Of a stretch of DNA of 64,000 nt, positions 29,579-37,961 are shown in pieces. This stretch comes from a bacterium (GTDB taxonomy: Bacteria > Patescibacteriota > Microgenomatia > UBA10105 > UBA927): the NCBI GenBank assembly GCA_021817785.1, contig JAKAFY010000007.1, forward strand, positions 127 to 64,126. Direction: 5' to 3'. The notes under the pieces are model-generated. The model did no database searches and was not told the DNA's origin. It saw only the letters and a list, made by a program, of their open reading frames with translations. Numbering within the stretch: the first letter of the stretch is position 1; each line of letters opens with the position of its first letter. The position numbers were made by a program, and so were the translations under genes.

Positions 29579-32500
29579 ATGGCCAATGAAGAACTATTTA
29601 AACGGTTAAGCGAAGCTGCAAAAAAAGCTGCCGCACCAAACAGTGAGCAGGCTCATCCGCAGCAGTCCACGGAAGCTACCAAGGCGGACCTTCCGAAGGA
29701 AAGCGCAACAGCTCCAGACACCTCCGGGGTCATAGACGTGGCAAAAGAAAAATTGGCGGAATTTGCCCAAAAACTCCGAGGATCCGTTCCCGAGGCAGCA
29801 AAGAGAATTGTCGGAAGCGACGAATCGGATTTGCCAAAAGATGCCCGCGTGTTTAGCATCGTAGAATCGCTTCTGGCTGTTGATGAGTCCCAGCTATCTG
29901 ATCCTGTTTTTATGCGCGGCGTGGGAGAAAAGCTGGTGGGACTTATCCAGGAAACGGGGTATACCAGCGCAACCGGTCGCGAAGCGGAAAAATACCTGCG
30001 GCGCATCGTTGCAGAAAATCCAAGTCTTGCGGATTTGCGTCTCCGGGCCATGCCGGAAATATCCGGTGGATCAGGTCTTTCTGAAGACAGAGAAGACGAA
30101 CCCGCAAAACAGTCTCGAGATCCCGAGCTTAGCCAAGAGGTTGAGCATCTTTATAATGCGGAACAAGACGTGGATATCAAAGACACGCCTCTTGCACAGG
30201 ATCTGCAGGACTTACAGTATCGGTTCCGAGTCGATCCGGGAGCCGCATACGACACCCGGCTTACCGATGAGGCGGTGCGCCGTATGGTGGAAAAAGGGCG
30301 CAAAGAAGGCATGGACCCTACTACGGTACAAAAGGCTGTAGAACGGGTGCGCTATTTTGAACGGTTTACGGATCTTCGGATGCAAAAACACCAAGAAAAA
30401 CTTCGTGGAGGTCGAGTGGTAGCGTGGAGTGAAATTAAGGGATCGTCCCCTAATCCCGAACTGCATCATGATGATGACGTTTTTCCGGACTTCCGGTATA
30501 TTCCGGCGGCTGAAGTGGAAACGATTATTAAAGGAGATGGTGGAGAGGCGGAGTGGTATTTTAATTTTATTGATCAAATTTACTCGCTTGGCCGTGAAGA
30601 AACACGTCCGACGCTTACGCAGGATCAGCGGTTTCAGGAGTTTAAAGATTTTCTTACATGGAAATATGGGAGCGAGTATCACCTTGCGGTGCAGCTGTAT
30701 CAAAAACATTGGGACAGCCGCGGGCAATTTGAGTATGCGGTCAAAGGACTCATGTATAACCCGGGAGACGTCAAGGACCGACTGAAGGCGATGTCACTAT
30801 TACAAGGGGCTGACCTTGACCACCTCTATAAAAATTTTGACCACTCGAACGAAGCATATAGTCTGTACGAGCATGTCATGTTTGAGCTCATGGCAGAAAA
30901 GCGCGGGAAATATGGAGAGGCGCTGAAATACCTTCGGGAAGACATCAACTGGAACGGAAAACAGATGAAGCGTGAAGACGTACTCAAAGAGCTGAAAGCA
31001 AAGCAGCGCGAAGAAGGGTATGATCCGGAAAAAGGAAAAACGGAGACGTCACTTTCGGTCGCGGATCAACGGCTCATGCATGAAATTCAGCAACAAATGG
31101 ATCTGGCTTCCGAGGGTGTTATGTTGTGGGATGACGACGTCCAAAGCTTTACCGAACTTCATATTACACTTTCCAAACTCCGGAATGCCAGAGAGGATTT
31201 ATTAAAGAAAAAAGGTGAGGGAGCGGTACTTTCCGAGAGTGAACAGGATCAACTGCATGAGGTGGATCGTTTATACCAAATATATTCGCACCGCGAAGAG
31301 ATGCTCAACGAAAATTTTACACAGGAGCTTATTCAGACCCGCGGATTATCACCGGTGGACATTGAAGTACGTAAACGCCTGGTAGAGTATATGAAGTCAC
31401 AAACCGGCAAAGAGCCGGCGGAGTATGAGGTGCGCATGGCACTGTGGGCTGCGCGCACCGCCATGATAGGAAGCGGCCGCATGGCCATGATTGGCTCGAT
31501 GATGTCGATCCCGCCATCTCAGGAATATCACGCGGCAAGCGGCAAAGATGTCATGCGCGCCCCCGCCTTTGAAGACTTGCAACGCATATTTAATCCGGAG
31601 ACATTCGCTTCCCGGTTTAATATTGGCGGAGAGATGGGGGTTACGGCCAGAGGAATACTGCGGCAAAACCTGTTACGGACCAAAGGCATTACGATGAAAG
31701 ATCCCGGCTGGTTTAAGAAAACAAGCGGATGGATAGGCGAGAAATTTAAGTTAACCAAAACACCGGAATGGAAAAACGCCCATGCGCATTCTCACGACAA
31801 ACAACAACAGGCGGCCATGGAAGCATGGGAGTTTGCAGAGGATGCGACCGGCATATCGTTTAGCGAATTGCTCGGACCCAGCTTTATGGCCTCTGGAGGA
31901 TTTTACGATGGCACCGCGTGGCGGTTGGAGAAAGGGATTGCTGATGAACTACGAAATAAGATGCTAGATATGAGAAAATTGCCGGAAAACGCAGCGCTAT
32001 TGGATAATCAGGCATTATCCATACAGCTTCTCACTGCGGGGAATGCAGCCGAGCGCCGGCCGATTCTCGATCGCATGCTCCGAAGAAACCCCTCGAAATT
32101 CCTTGAACTTCTTGAAGAGGACACAGAAAAGATCCTCATTAAACATAATGTAACGCATGAAGAGTGGAAGAAGTTTAAAGAAGCTCTTTCGTTGGCCGAG
32201 CTTAAGATGGCCCACGAGAAAGAATGGCAATTTGCCCGTGTCGATCTGGGGGAGAAAAAAGACTTTGATGCGTTGGTAGCCCCGTATCTTAAAATGCTCG
32301 ATGTTGAACCCGGAAGAACCGAAAGTTTCCGCGCGGTGCTCACTGATTTGCAGGCAGAAGTGTATCGGAGCCGCAAGGTGGAGGCAGCAAGCGGCGTATT
32401 CCGGAACAAAATGGATGCCATAGCCCAGCTTAAGATGCCTCTTACCATGAGTCTTACCGACATGGACTGGAAGGAATCAAACTTTTATCAGTTAGGAACT

Positions 32501-33199
32501 GTTGCAATGCATCGCCGTATTCGTGATGTGGGGAGCCAGATGCGCGCACGCGATGCCATGCTTGAATTTATGTCCAACTCCGAAATGTTGCTTTCCCCCA
32601 ATGATCCGACGGAGTCATTGAAGAAACTCATGGAAATCCGTACGGCGATTATCGACTACTCCGGACCGGAAGCTGCGGAAAATACCGTAAAAGAAATGGC
32701 ACGCGTGCTTATCGAAATGAATAGACATCGGAATTTATGGACGATCGGCATGGTTCCCGGCTTAACCACCGCAGGAAAGATGTTCGCGGAGGTGGATTTC
32801 CGGCCGCTAAAGGATAGTTGGGCCACGGCCCCACTACGACTTATTATGGGGGGAGATCGTTGGCGCAAATTGATAGACGAAAAGATAGCGCACTTGCCGC
32901 ACTCTGTAGCAGAGAAGATTTCGTATTCTCTGCGGTATACAGGAGCACACGGAAATGCATGGGACGAACGGAAAATCGAAGAAGTGTTAGTTACCATGCA
33001 TGATATGGGCATGTTTATTCACCATCCTGAATACGTTCAAGACCTGAGGAGAGAATTTCATGCGAAATTGGGAGATCGGTGGCTGGCAATGGCGAGAACG
33101 TACTGGTGGGTTATTGTGCTGGCAACAGTAGCAATTGCCGCAGAACAGTCTATAGAAGAACAGAAATCTGGCGGTGGTGGCGGAGGCGCGCACCATTAA
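29579..33199 (+). CDS. Giant (1206 aa), highly charged, alpha-helical protein. It has a single C-terminal hydrophobic anchor and a Gly-rich tail. No signal peptide and no recognisable domain.
   Basis: Uninterrupted ORF. Lys/Glu/Asp-rich throughout. The C-terminus reads 'WWVIVLATVAIAAEQSIEEQKSGGGGGGAHH'. Co-oriented with virD4 and nadD, and convergent on the VirB6-like gene. Confidence 0.5.
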   Translation: MANEELFKRLSEAAKKAAAPNSEQAHPQQSTEATKADLPKESATAPDTSGVIDVAKEKLAEFAQKLRGSVPEAAKRIVGSDESDLPKDARVFSIVESLLAVDESQLSDPVFMRGVGEKLVGLIQETGYTSATGREAEKYLRRIVAENPSLADLRLRAMPEISGGSGLSEDREDEPAKQSRDPELSQEVEHLYNAEQDVDIKDTPLAQDLQDLQYRFRVDPGAAYDTRLTDEAVRRMVEKGRKEGMDPTTVQKAVERVRYFERFTDLRMQKHQEKLRGGRVVAWSEIKGSSPNPELHHDDDVFPDFRYIPAAEVETIIKGDGGEAEWYFNFIDQIYSLGREETRPTLTQDQRFQEFKDFLTWKYGSEYHLAVQLYQKHWDSRGQFEYAVKGLMYNPGDVKDRLKAMSLLQGADLDHLYKNFDHSNEAYSLYEHVMFELMAEKRGKYGEALKYLREDINWNGKQMKREDVLKELKAKQREEGYDPEKGKTETSLSVADQRLMHEIQQQMDLASEGVMLWDDDVQSFTELHITLSKLRNAREDLLKKKGEGAVLSESEQDQLHEVDRLYQIYSHREEMLNENFTQELIQTRGLSPVDIEVRKRLVEYMKSQTGKEPAEYEVRMALWAARTAMIGSGRMAMIGSMMSIPPSQEYHAASGKDVMRAPAFEDLQRIFNPETFASRFNIGGEMGVTARGILRQNLLRTKGITMKDPGWFKKTSGWIGEKFKLTKTPEWKNAHAHSHDKQQQAAMEAWEFAEDATGISFSELLGPSFMASGGFYDGTAWRLEKGIADELRNKMLDMRKLPENAALLDNQALSIQLLTAGNAAERRPILDRMLRRNPSKFLELLEEDTEKILIKHNVTHEEWKKFKEALSLAELKMAHEKEWQFARVDLGEKKDFDALVAPYLKMLDVEPGRTESFRAVLTDLQAEVYRSRKVEAASGVFRNKMDAIAQLKMPLTMSLTDMDWKESNFYQLGTVAMHRRIRDVGSQMRARDAMLEFMSNSEMLLSPNDPTESLKKLMEIRTAIIDYSGPEAAENTVKEMARVLIEMNRHRNLWTIGMVPGLTTAGKMFAEVDFRPLKDSWATAPLRLIMGGDRWRKLIDEKIAHLPHSVAEKISYSLRYTGAHGNAWDERKIEEVLVTMHDMGMFIHHPEYVQDLRREFHAKLGDRWLAMARTYWWVIVLATVAIAAEQSIEEQKSGGGGGGAHH

Positions 33200-33200
33200 G

Positions 33201-34823
33201 CTAATGCCCGCCCTCTCCTCCTCCGGTGAGGCCACCAAACCCCTTTTGTGAGCCTTCGCGTATCGTTTGCATCGGAGATCGCGCATCCGGCTTGTGCCGA
33301 ATTGAGCTTGCGATAAATGAACCCTGATACCATAGTTGTGTAAGTTGACCAACGCCAGACCCCAGAGGTCCGATAACCGCCCCGACCCCTCCAGGGATAA
33401 ATGGTTCCGCCTTCAGCGCCTTTTTGATGCTGCCAACAATATTCGGGATGACGAGAAGCATCCCAAGTCCGATAAATCCGGCCATGCCCGTAACCCCTCC
33501 GCCGCTTGATAAAAGTGGCGGAGCCCATATTTTTTCCGCGTTGGTTTGCGAAGTAAGAAATCCCGCCACCAGAAGAAGTACTGCGGTGAGGGGAAACACG
33601 ATAATATTTGCGGTCAGCCATCGAAACCAGCTACTGAATGAATTGGTGCCCGGGATGGCCTCCAGCATGAGCTGGAATGGTGAAAATAACAGAGAAATAA
33701 TAATATTGATATATGCGTCCACAAGCATAAAAATCAGACGGATAATTCCAAAGATTAAAACGATAAGAACGATAAGAAGAAGCAGGACCGGACCGTTTGT
33801 AAGTCCGACGGCTATGGCGGAAGCCTTTCCACCGCCTCCGATTAAGTAGGTGAGGACCCCCTGTACGACCATTGCAGTTCCAACCTGACCTGGAGTGAGA
33901 TTGCCTATCAAAAGTCTGCCAATATCATCAAGCGCCTGGAATCCGCTTGCGAAAAAGAATCGGAGCGTTCCCCATATGCCGCCATTCAATAATGTATTAA
34001 CGACCTGCGGAGTAGAGGTAGACGTGGTTGTAAACGACGGAAGCCACGTGGCCGGGCTTAATAAATTTGGATTCCACAGCCAGCTTGCCCCGGCGTTCAC
34101 GAGGGATCCAAGCGATCCATCGGGTGTGGCTCCGATGATGAGCCCGGCGGCGAGAACAATGATAAGGTACATAAGGTCAATCATAAGTCCCACGATTGCA
34201 TATGAAAATGTGACGAGAAGAAGTGCGATGACCACCCTGGGGATAGCATTTTGCACGGTTACAACTGTTTTGGGATCGATTTTTTTTCTAAACATGACCA
34301 TAAAACCGATAATGATGAGAATAACGGCAAGAAGTGCATAAGCGACGTTACGAAACGCTTTCCAAATGGGGAGCAGTACGCTAAGTCCGGAAAAACCGAT
34401 GCCCTGCGCATACGTTTGTTTGGGCATAAATCCGAGTGTCTCTCCAAGATCGCGGATGGCGAACGCAGTTGTCGCAGGGGGAGTGGTATAAAGCGCAAGC
34501 GTAACACTTGAAAGCCCGGCAAGCGCACTGTGACTATATGCGGCTTTTGCAGGACATCCTCCGACGAAATAGGCTCCGGCTATGCTAATAGTGTCCTGAA
34601 ACATGTAATTGTTATTGGACGAAGCCTGTGGCGTTGTTCCCTCGGCACACGCACCCATGATGCTGTAAATAATGCCCACCATGGAATTATTTTGTGTCGC
34701 AATATTTCCTCCCTCAAGACCAAGAGGAGTGGGATCTTCTGCGCGGACGGAGGTGGGAAATGCAAAAAAAACGGTTACGCCAATGAGAAGAGGAAGAATC
34801 AACAATAGGACAGCACGTTTCAT
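33201..34823 (-). CDS. VirB6/TrbL-like polytopic inner-membrane channel protein.
   Basis: Signal peptide (MKRAVLLLILPLLIGVTVFFAFPTSVRA). A ~130-aa extracytoplasmic region, then 5 or more TM helices, and a Gly-rich C-terminal tail. Located directly downstream of the pilin array. Confidence 0.45.
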   Translation of the reverse strand: MKRAVLLLILPLLIGVTVFFAFPTSVRAEDPTPLGLEGGNIATQNNSMVGIIYSIMGACAEGTTPQASSNNNYMFQDTISIAGAYFVGGCPAKAAYSHSALAGLSSVTLALYTTPPATTAFAIRDLGETLGFMPKQTYAQGIGFSGLSVLLPIWKAFRNVAYALLAVILIIIGFMVMFRKKIDPKTVVTVQNAIPRVVIALLLVTFSYAIVGLMIDLMYLIIVLAAGLIIGATPDGSLGSLVNAGASWLWNPNLLSPATWLPSFTTTSTSTPQVVNTLLNGGIWGTLRFFFASGFQALDDIGRLLIGNLTPGQVGTAMVVQGVLTYLIGGGGKASAIAVGLTNGPVLLLLIVLIVLIFGIIRLIFMLVDAYINIIISLLFSPFQLMLEAIPGTNSFSSWFRWLTANIIVFPLTAVLLLVAGFLTSQTNAEKIWAPPLLSSGGGVTGMAGFIGLGMLLVIPNIVGSIKKALKAEPFIPGGVGAVIGPLGSGVGQLTQLWYQGSFIASSIRHKPDARSPMQTIREGSQKGFGGLTGGGEGGH

Positions 34824-34877
34824 ATAGTCATTATCCAGAATTACATAGCGAGAGTCAATTCGGGGATAATTTGGAAT

Positions 34878-35174
34878 TTAATTTACCGGTATGGAAAACG
34901 TTGTAACATTGACGCCCGTAAATTGTTGAATGGTAAGTATTATAAGGTACGCAATAGACATAATGGCGAGACCGATGATGGCTTGGGTAATCGTGCCTCG
35001 CGCCGTTTCCAGTTTCTTGGGGTCACCTCCGGAAAACAGAAAATTATATCCGCCCACCAAAAGCATGATAAACAATGCTACCGCCCCTAAGCCGATAACT
35101 GCCCGAACGATTCCTTCAAAAAGGGGGACAAGACATTGAATAGTTGCGGCCCCGTCAATTGCGCAATTGTTCAT
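34878..35174 (-). CDS. VirB2/TrbC-like pilin paralog 1.
   Basis: Two hydrophobic helices flank a conserved core 'GGYNFLFSGGDPKKLETARGTITQAIIGLAIM'. Confidence 0.55.
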   Translation of the reverse strand: MNNCAIDGAATIQCLVPLFEGIVRAVIGLGAVALFIMLLVGGYNFLFSGGDPKKLETARGTITQAIIGLAIMSIAYLIILTIQQFTGVNVTTFSIPVN

Positions 35175-35225
35175 ATGACATCATTATCTCGTATTTCTTC
35201 AGAAGGGACAAGCAATCGATAATGA

Positions 35226-35564
35226 TTAGTATGGTTTCGGGAAGTTTATAGACCCGCCGATGATCTGTACGCCCAGGAAGTTCTGGACGAGCGTCATGAT
35301 GGCCCATGCGGATCCTACGATGATGAGTCCGACAATAGCGTGGGTAATTTTGTTGCGGGCTTCTTCCATGCCGGCTTTATCTCCGCCGGAGGTGATCCAT
35401 TTAATGCCGCCTAAGACAAGGTAGAGAAATGCCAAAAGAGCGGCAATAATCAGTGTTGTGCCGACCAATGCACTAATCAGTTGGCCAAGATCCGTGATCT
35501 TAATCGTGTCCGGCTGTTTCAGATTTAATGATGCCTGTGCGTAAACTGTTTCTATAAGTGCCAT
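35226..35564 (-). CDS. VirB2/TrbC-like pilin paralog 2.
   Basis: Core 'GGIKWITSGGDKAGMEEARNKITHAIVGLIIVGSAWAIMTLV'. N-terminal 'YAQAS'. Confidence 0.55.
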   Translation of the reverse strand: MALIETVYAQASLNLKQPDTIKITDLGQLISALVGTTLIIAALLAFLYLVLGGIKWITSGGDKAGMEEARNKITHAIVGLIIVGSAWAIMTLVQNFLGVQIIGGSINFPKPY

Positions 35565-35676
35565 AGGTTTCCTCCGTCAAATCAATCTTTATTATATCCT
35601 ATACCCCATTCTTGCGCAAATTTGTCGGCCTTGTCAACACCGAGCTTTATCAAGCAGCGACACGGGAAACAAATCG

Positions 35677-36024
35677 CTATTGGCCCATGGTCGGCAGATG
35701 CAAGTTCGGGAAATCGATACCCAAAAATCCGCCCACAAGCGTCATGATTGCCCATATGGCTCCCACGATAATAAGCCCGATAATGGCATTGGTAATCTCA
35801 TCCCGTGCGGCCTGGAGCTTCGCCTTGTCTCCGCCCGAGGTAATCCAGTTAAATCCGCCGAGCAACAGATACATAAATGCGACGACGAACGAAAAAATGA
35901 CAAACGCGCCGATAAAGTTCGAAATAAGGGATCCGATGGCAGATGAGCCGTCCGCGTTGCCGCCGCCACCCAATGAGCTCGGAAGTACCGGGTTGGTTAT
36001 TTGTGCGAGCGCGTGCGTTATCAT
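35677..36024 (-). CDS. VirB2/TrbC-like pilin paralog 3.
   Basis: Core 'GGFNWITSGGDKAKLQAARDEITNAIIGLIIVGAIWAIMTLV'. N-terminal 'HALAQI'. Confidence 0.55.
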   Translation of the reverse strand: MITHALAQITNPVLPSSLGGGGNADGSSAIGSLISNFIGAFVIFSFVVAFMYLLLGGFNWITSGGDKAKLQAARDEITNAIIGLIIVGAIWAIMTLVGGFLGIDFPNLHLPTMGQ

Positions 36025-36029
36025 ATCGG

Positions 36030-36404
36030 TTATTGATTCGGACTAAGCCGGTTAATCAGATCTCCAGGACTGGAAATAGTAAAGTCAACGCCAAAAAATG
36101 TCCCGGCAAGCGCTAATATAGCCCACGCGGCAACCACAACAATAAGCCCGATAAATGCGTTGGTCAGTTTATCGCGGGCGGTTTGCAGCTTTGCCTTATC
36201 GCCGCCGGCGGAAATCCAGCTGAATCCGCCAATCAAAAACTGGATAAGAAACCAAATCCCTGCGGCGATCGTCATGAGGCCAACGACTGAGGAGATTATT
36301 TTTGTTATCCCCATGAGCCCGGAGGTTCCGTCGCTGCTGTTGGCGAATGGCCCGAGGCCTGCGCCACCGATTTGACCGAGCGGTACTTGTGCTAAAGGTT
36401 TCAT
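36030..36404 (-). CDS. VirB2/TrbC-like pilin paralog 4.
   Basis: Core 'GGFSWISAGGDKAKLQTARDKLTNAFIGLIVVVAAWAILALA'. N-terminal 'MKPLAQV'. Confidence 0.55.
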   Translation of the reverse strand: MKPLAQVPLGQIGGAGLGPFANSSDGTSGLMGITKIISSVVGLMTIAAGIWFLIQFLIGGFSWISAGGDKAKLQTARDKLTNAFIGLIVVVAAWAILALAGTFFGVDFTISSPGDLINRLSPNQ

Positions 36405-36405
36405 A

Positions 36406-36759
36406 CTATTGCGGGCCGTAGATTACCGGATTTAGGATCGAGAATCCCGGTCCGAAAATGAGATAGCCAAACAGTGACGCGATGGCAAACGATGCCACCA
36501 TGATGACCAGCCCCATAAGTGACTGCCATATGCGGGACCACGCCTTTTCCAGTTTTTTGCTGTCGCCTCCCGCATTGATGTATTCAAATCCGGCGATGAG
36601 AAAGTTAAATAATGCGTATATGCCAGCCACAACAAACAACAAACGGATAATGTTGGTGATAAACAGCCCAACTCCGCCCAGATTGCCATAGCTGGTGCCC
36701 ATGAGCGGACTCTGAACCGTTCCGAAAATCGGTGCGACGTCTACAGCAAGTACTTTCAT
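36406..36759 (-). CDS. VirB2/TrbC-like pilin paralog 5 (the most divergent).
   Basis: Core 'AGFEYINAGGDSKKLEKAWSRIWQSLMGLVIMVASFAIASLFG'. Confidence 0.5.
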   Translation of the reverse strand: MKVLAVDVAPIFGTVQSPLMGTSYGNLGGVGLFITNIIRLLFVVAGIYALFNFLIAGFEYINAGGDSKKLEKAWSRIWQSLMGLVIMVASFAIASLFGYLIFGPGFSILNPVIYGPQ

Positions 36760-36765
36760 AAAACG

Positions 36766-37074
36766 TTAAAATCCCAGTAATTTTTGACCGGTGATGACAC
36801 TGATAATTTGTACGATCCAAAATGACCCGAATACTACAAGCAATCCGATAACCGCGCCCGTTATCGCGGCTTTGCCCTGTTCCGCTTTTTTGGCGTCGCC
36901 TGCGGCTACTATAACTTGAAAACCGCCGAAAATCAATAAAAAGAAGCTTATAAGACTGGCAAAAACAAACGCATTCCGGACGATTGCGGTGACCAACGGG
37001 CCAAAGGACGTGAGTCCCGGGTTCGGGGCGAGATTTGCAATATCTATAGAGTCCGCAAGCACTTTTTCGATCAT
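36766..37074 (-). CDS. VirB2/TrbC-like pilin paralog 6. The start is placed at the internal Met (MIEKVL...) of the longer 36766..37224 ORF.
   Basis: Core 'GGFQVIVAAGDAKKAEQGKAAITGAVIGLLVVFGSFWIVQII'. The longer ORF would run into the divergent sigma-factor promoter region. Confidence 0.45.
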   Translation of the reverse strand: MIEKVLADSIDIANLAPNPGLTSFGPLVTAIVRNAFVFASLISFFLLIFGGFQVIVAAGDAKKAEQGKAAITGAVIGLLVVFGSFWIVQIISVITGQKLLGF

Positions 37075-37092
37075 GTAGCCAGTGTAGGGAAT

Positions 37093-37674
37093 TTGAGGCG
37101 GGCAGTCAATTATGCTATAGTCATACGTTGTCTCATGGATGATACAACGCTTATCAAACGATTGTTTGCCCACGACCGGAAATCCGTCTCCGCGTTTTAT
37201 CACGAATACGCCCCGCAATTGCACCGATTTATCCTGGGACGCGTTGCATTTTCCCAGGATGCAGAAGAGATTTTACAGGATACCCTGTTTGCATTTTTGG
37301 AAGGCCTTCGGGATTTTCAGGGGAAAAGCAGTATCCGGACATATCTGTTTTCCATTTGTCAGCACAAAATAATCGACTACTATCGCCGGAAGAAAATAAA
37401 GCATCTGGTGTTTTCCCAGGTTCCGCAGCTTGAAATGCTGGTATCTCCGCTGATGGGGCCCGAGGCATCACTCGATGAAAAGCTGGTAAAAGAGAAAATC
37501 CAGAAAGTACTTTCCCGGATTGCCCCTGTATACCGCCAGGTGCTGGTACTCAAATATCTGGAGCAGGTGCCGGTTGAGGAAATTGCCCAAAAACTTTCCA
37601 TATCGTTTAAAAGTGCGGAGTCACGGCTTTTCCGTGCCCGAAAAAATTTCGTGGAGCTGTTTTTGTCTATCTAA
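37093..37674 (+). CDS. RNA polymerase sigma-70 factor, ECF subfamily.
   Basis: Region 2 'LQDTLFAFLEGLRDF...YLFSICQHKIIDYYRRK'. Region 4 'YRQVLVLKYLEQVPVEEIAQKLSISFKSAESRLFRARKNF'. ~190 aa. Confidence 0.85.
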   Translation: MRRAVNYAIVIRCLMDDTTLIKRLFAHDRKSVSAFYHEYAPQLHRFILGRVAFSQDAEEILQDTLFAFLEGLRDFQGKSSIRTYLFSICQHKIIDYYRRKKIKHLVFSQVPQLEMLVSPLMGPEASLDEKLVKEKIQKVLSRIAPVYRQVLVLKYLEQVPVEEIAQKLSISFKSAESRLFRARKNFVELFLSI

Positions 37675-37677
37675 CCT

Positions 37678-37908
37678 ATGAGCAGCATTGCCTATCAGCG
37701 GTTTATGAAACGATGGGAAGAAGTGACGGATTTGCCTCCTCAGTCCCTGGGGCCGCTGACCGGCGTATACAAATGGTGCACGAAACGGTTTAAAGTCATG
37801 CCGTGGCCGTGGTTTATCGGCGTCAGCATCGTCATTGCGATAGGGATATATATCATATTGGGATCCGCCATTTCGTATCTTGTCACGTTGCTCCAGAGGG
37901 GGTTTTAG
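37678..37908 (+). CDS. Small single-TM protein directly downstream of the ECF sigma. Candidate anti-sigma factor.
   Basis: 76 aa with a C-terminal TM 'WPWFIGVSIVIAIGIYIILGSAI'. Four bp downstream of the sigma stop. Its position is the only functional evidence. Confidence 0.3.
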   Translation: MSSIAYQRFMKRWEEVTDLPPQSLGPLTGVYKWCTKRFKVMPWPWFIGVSIVIAIGIYIILGSAISYLVTLLQRGF

Positions 37909-37961
37909 CACTCGCCACCCCGTTCGCGCAGGTTTTATCCACCAATTACGACTACCTAAGT

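Noticed and set aside
29653-32463. Multiple 60-170-aa ORFs on both strands inside the 1206-aa gene.
   Set aside because: They are nested in a single long uninterrupted ORF and have low-complexity translations, so they are treated as spurious.
33424-36820. Several 60-150-aa plus-strand ORFs antisense to VirB6 and the pilin genes.
   Set aside because: They overlap the conserved paralogous pilin and VirB6 frames on the opposite strand and show no motifs.
19473-37908. Mobile genetic element (ICE or plasmid insertion) interpretation of the T4SS-like region.
   Set aside because: No integrase, transposase, relaxase, att-like direct repeats or tRNA-flanked boundaries were recognisable. The region abuts dnaA/dnaN/oriC and contains nadD, so a core chromosomal locus is favoured. 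Confirming this would need HMM and synteny checks.
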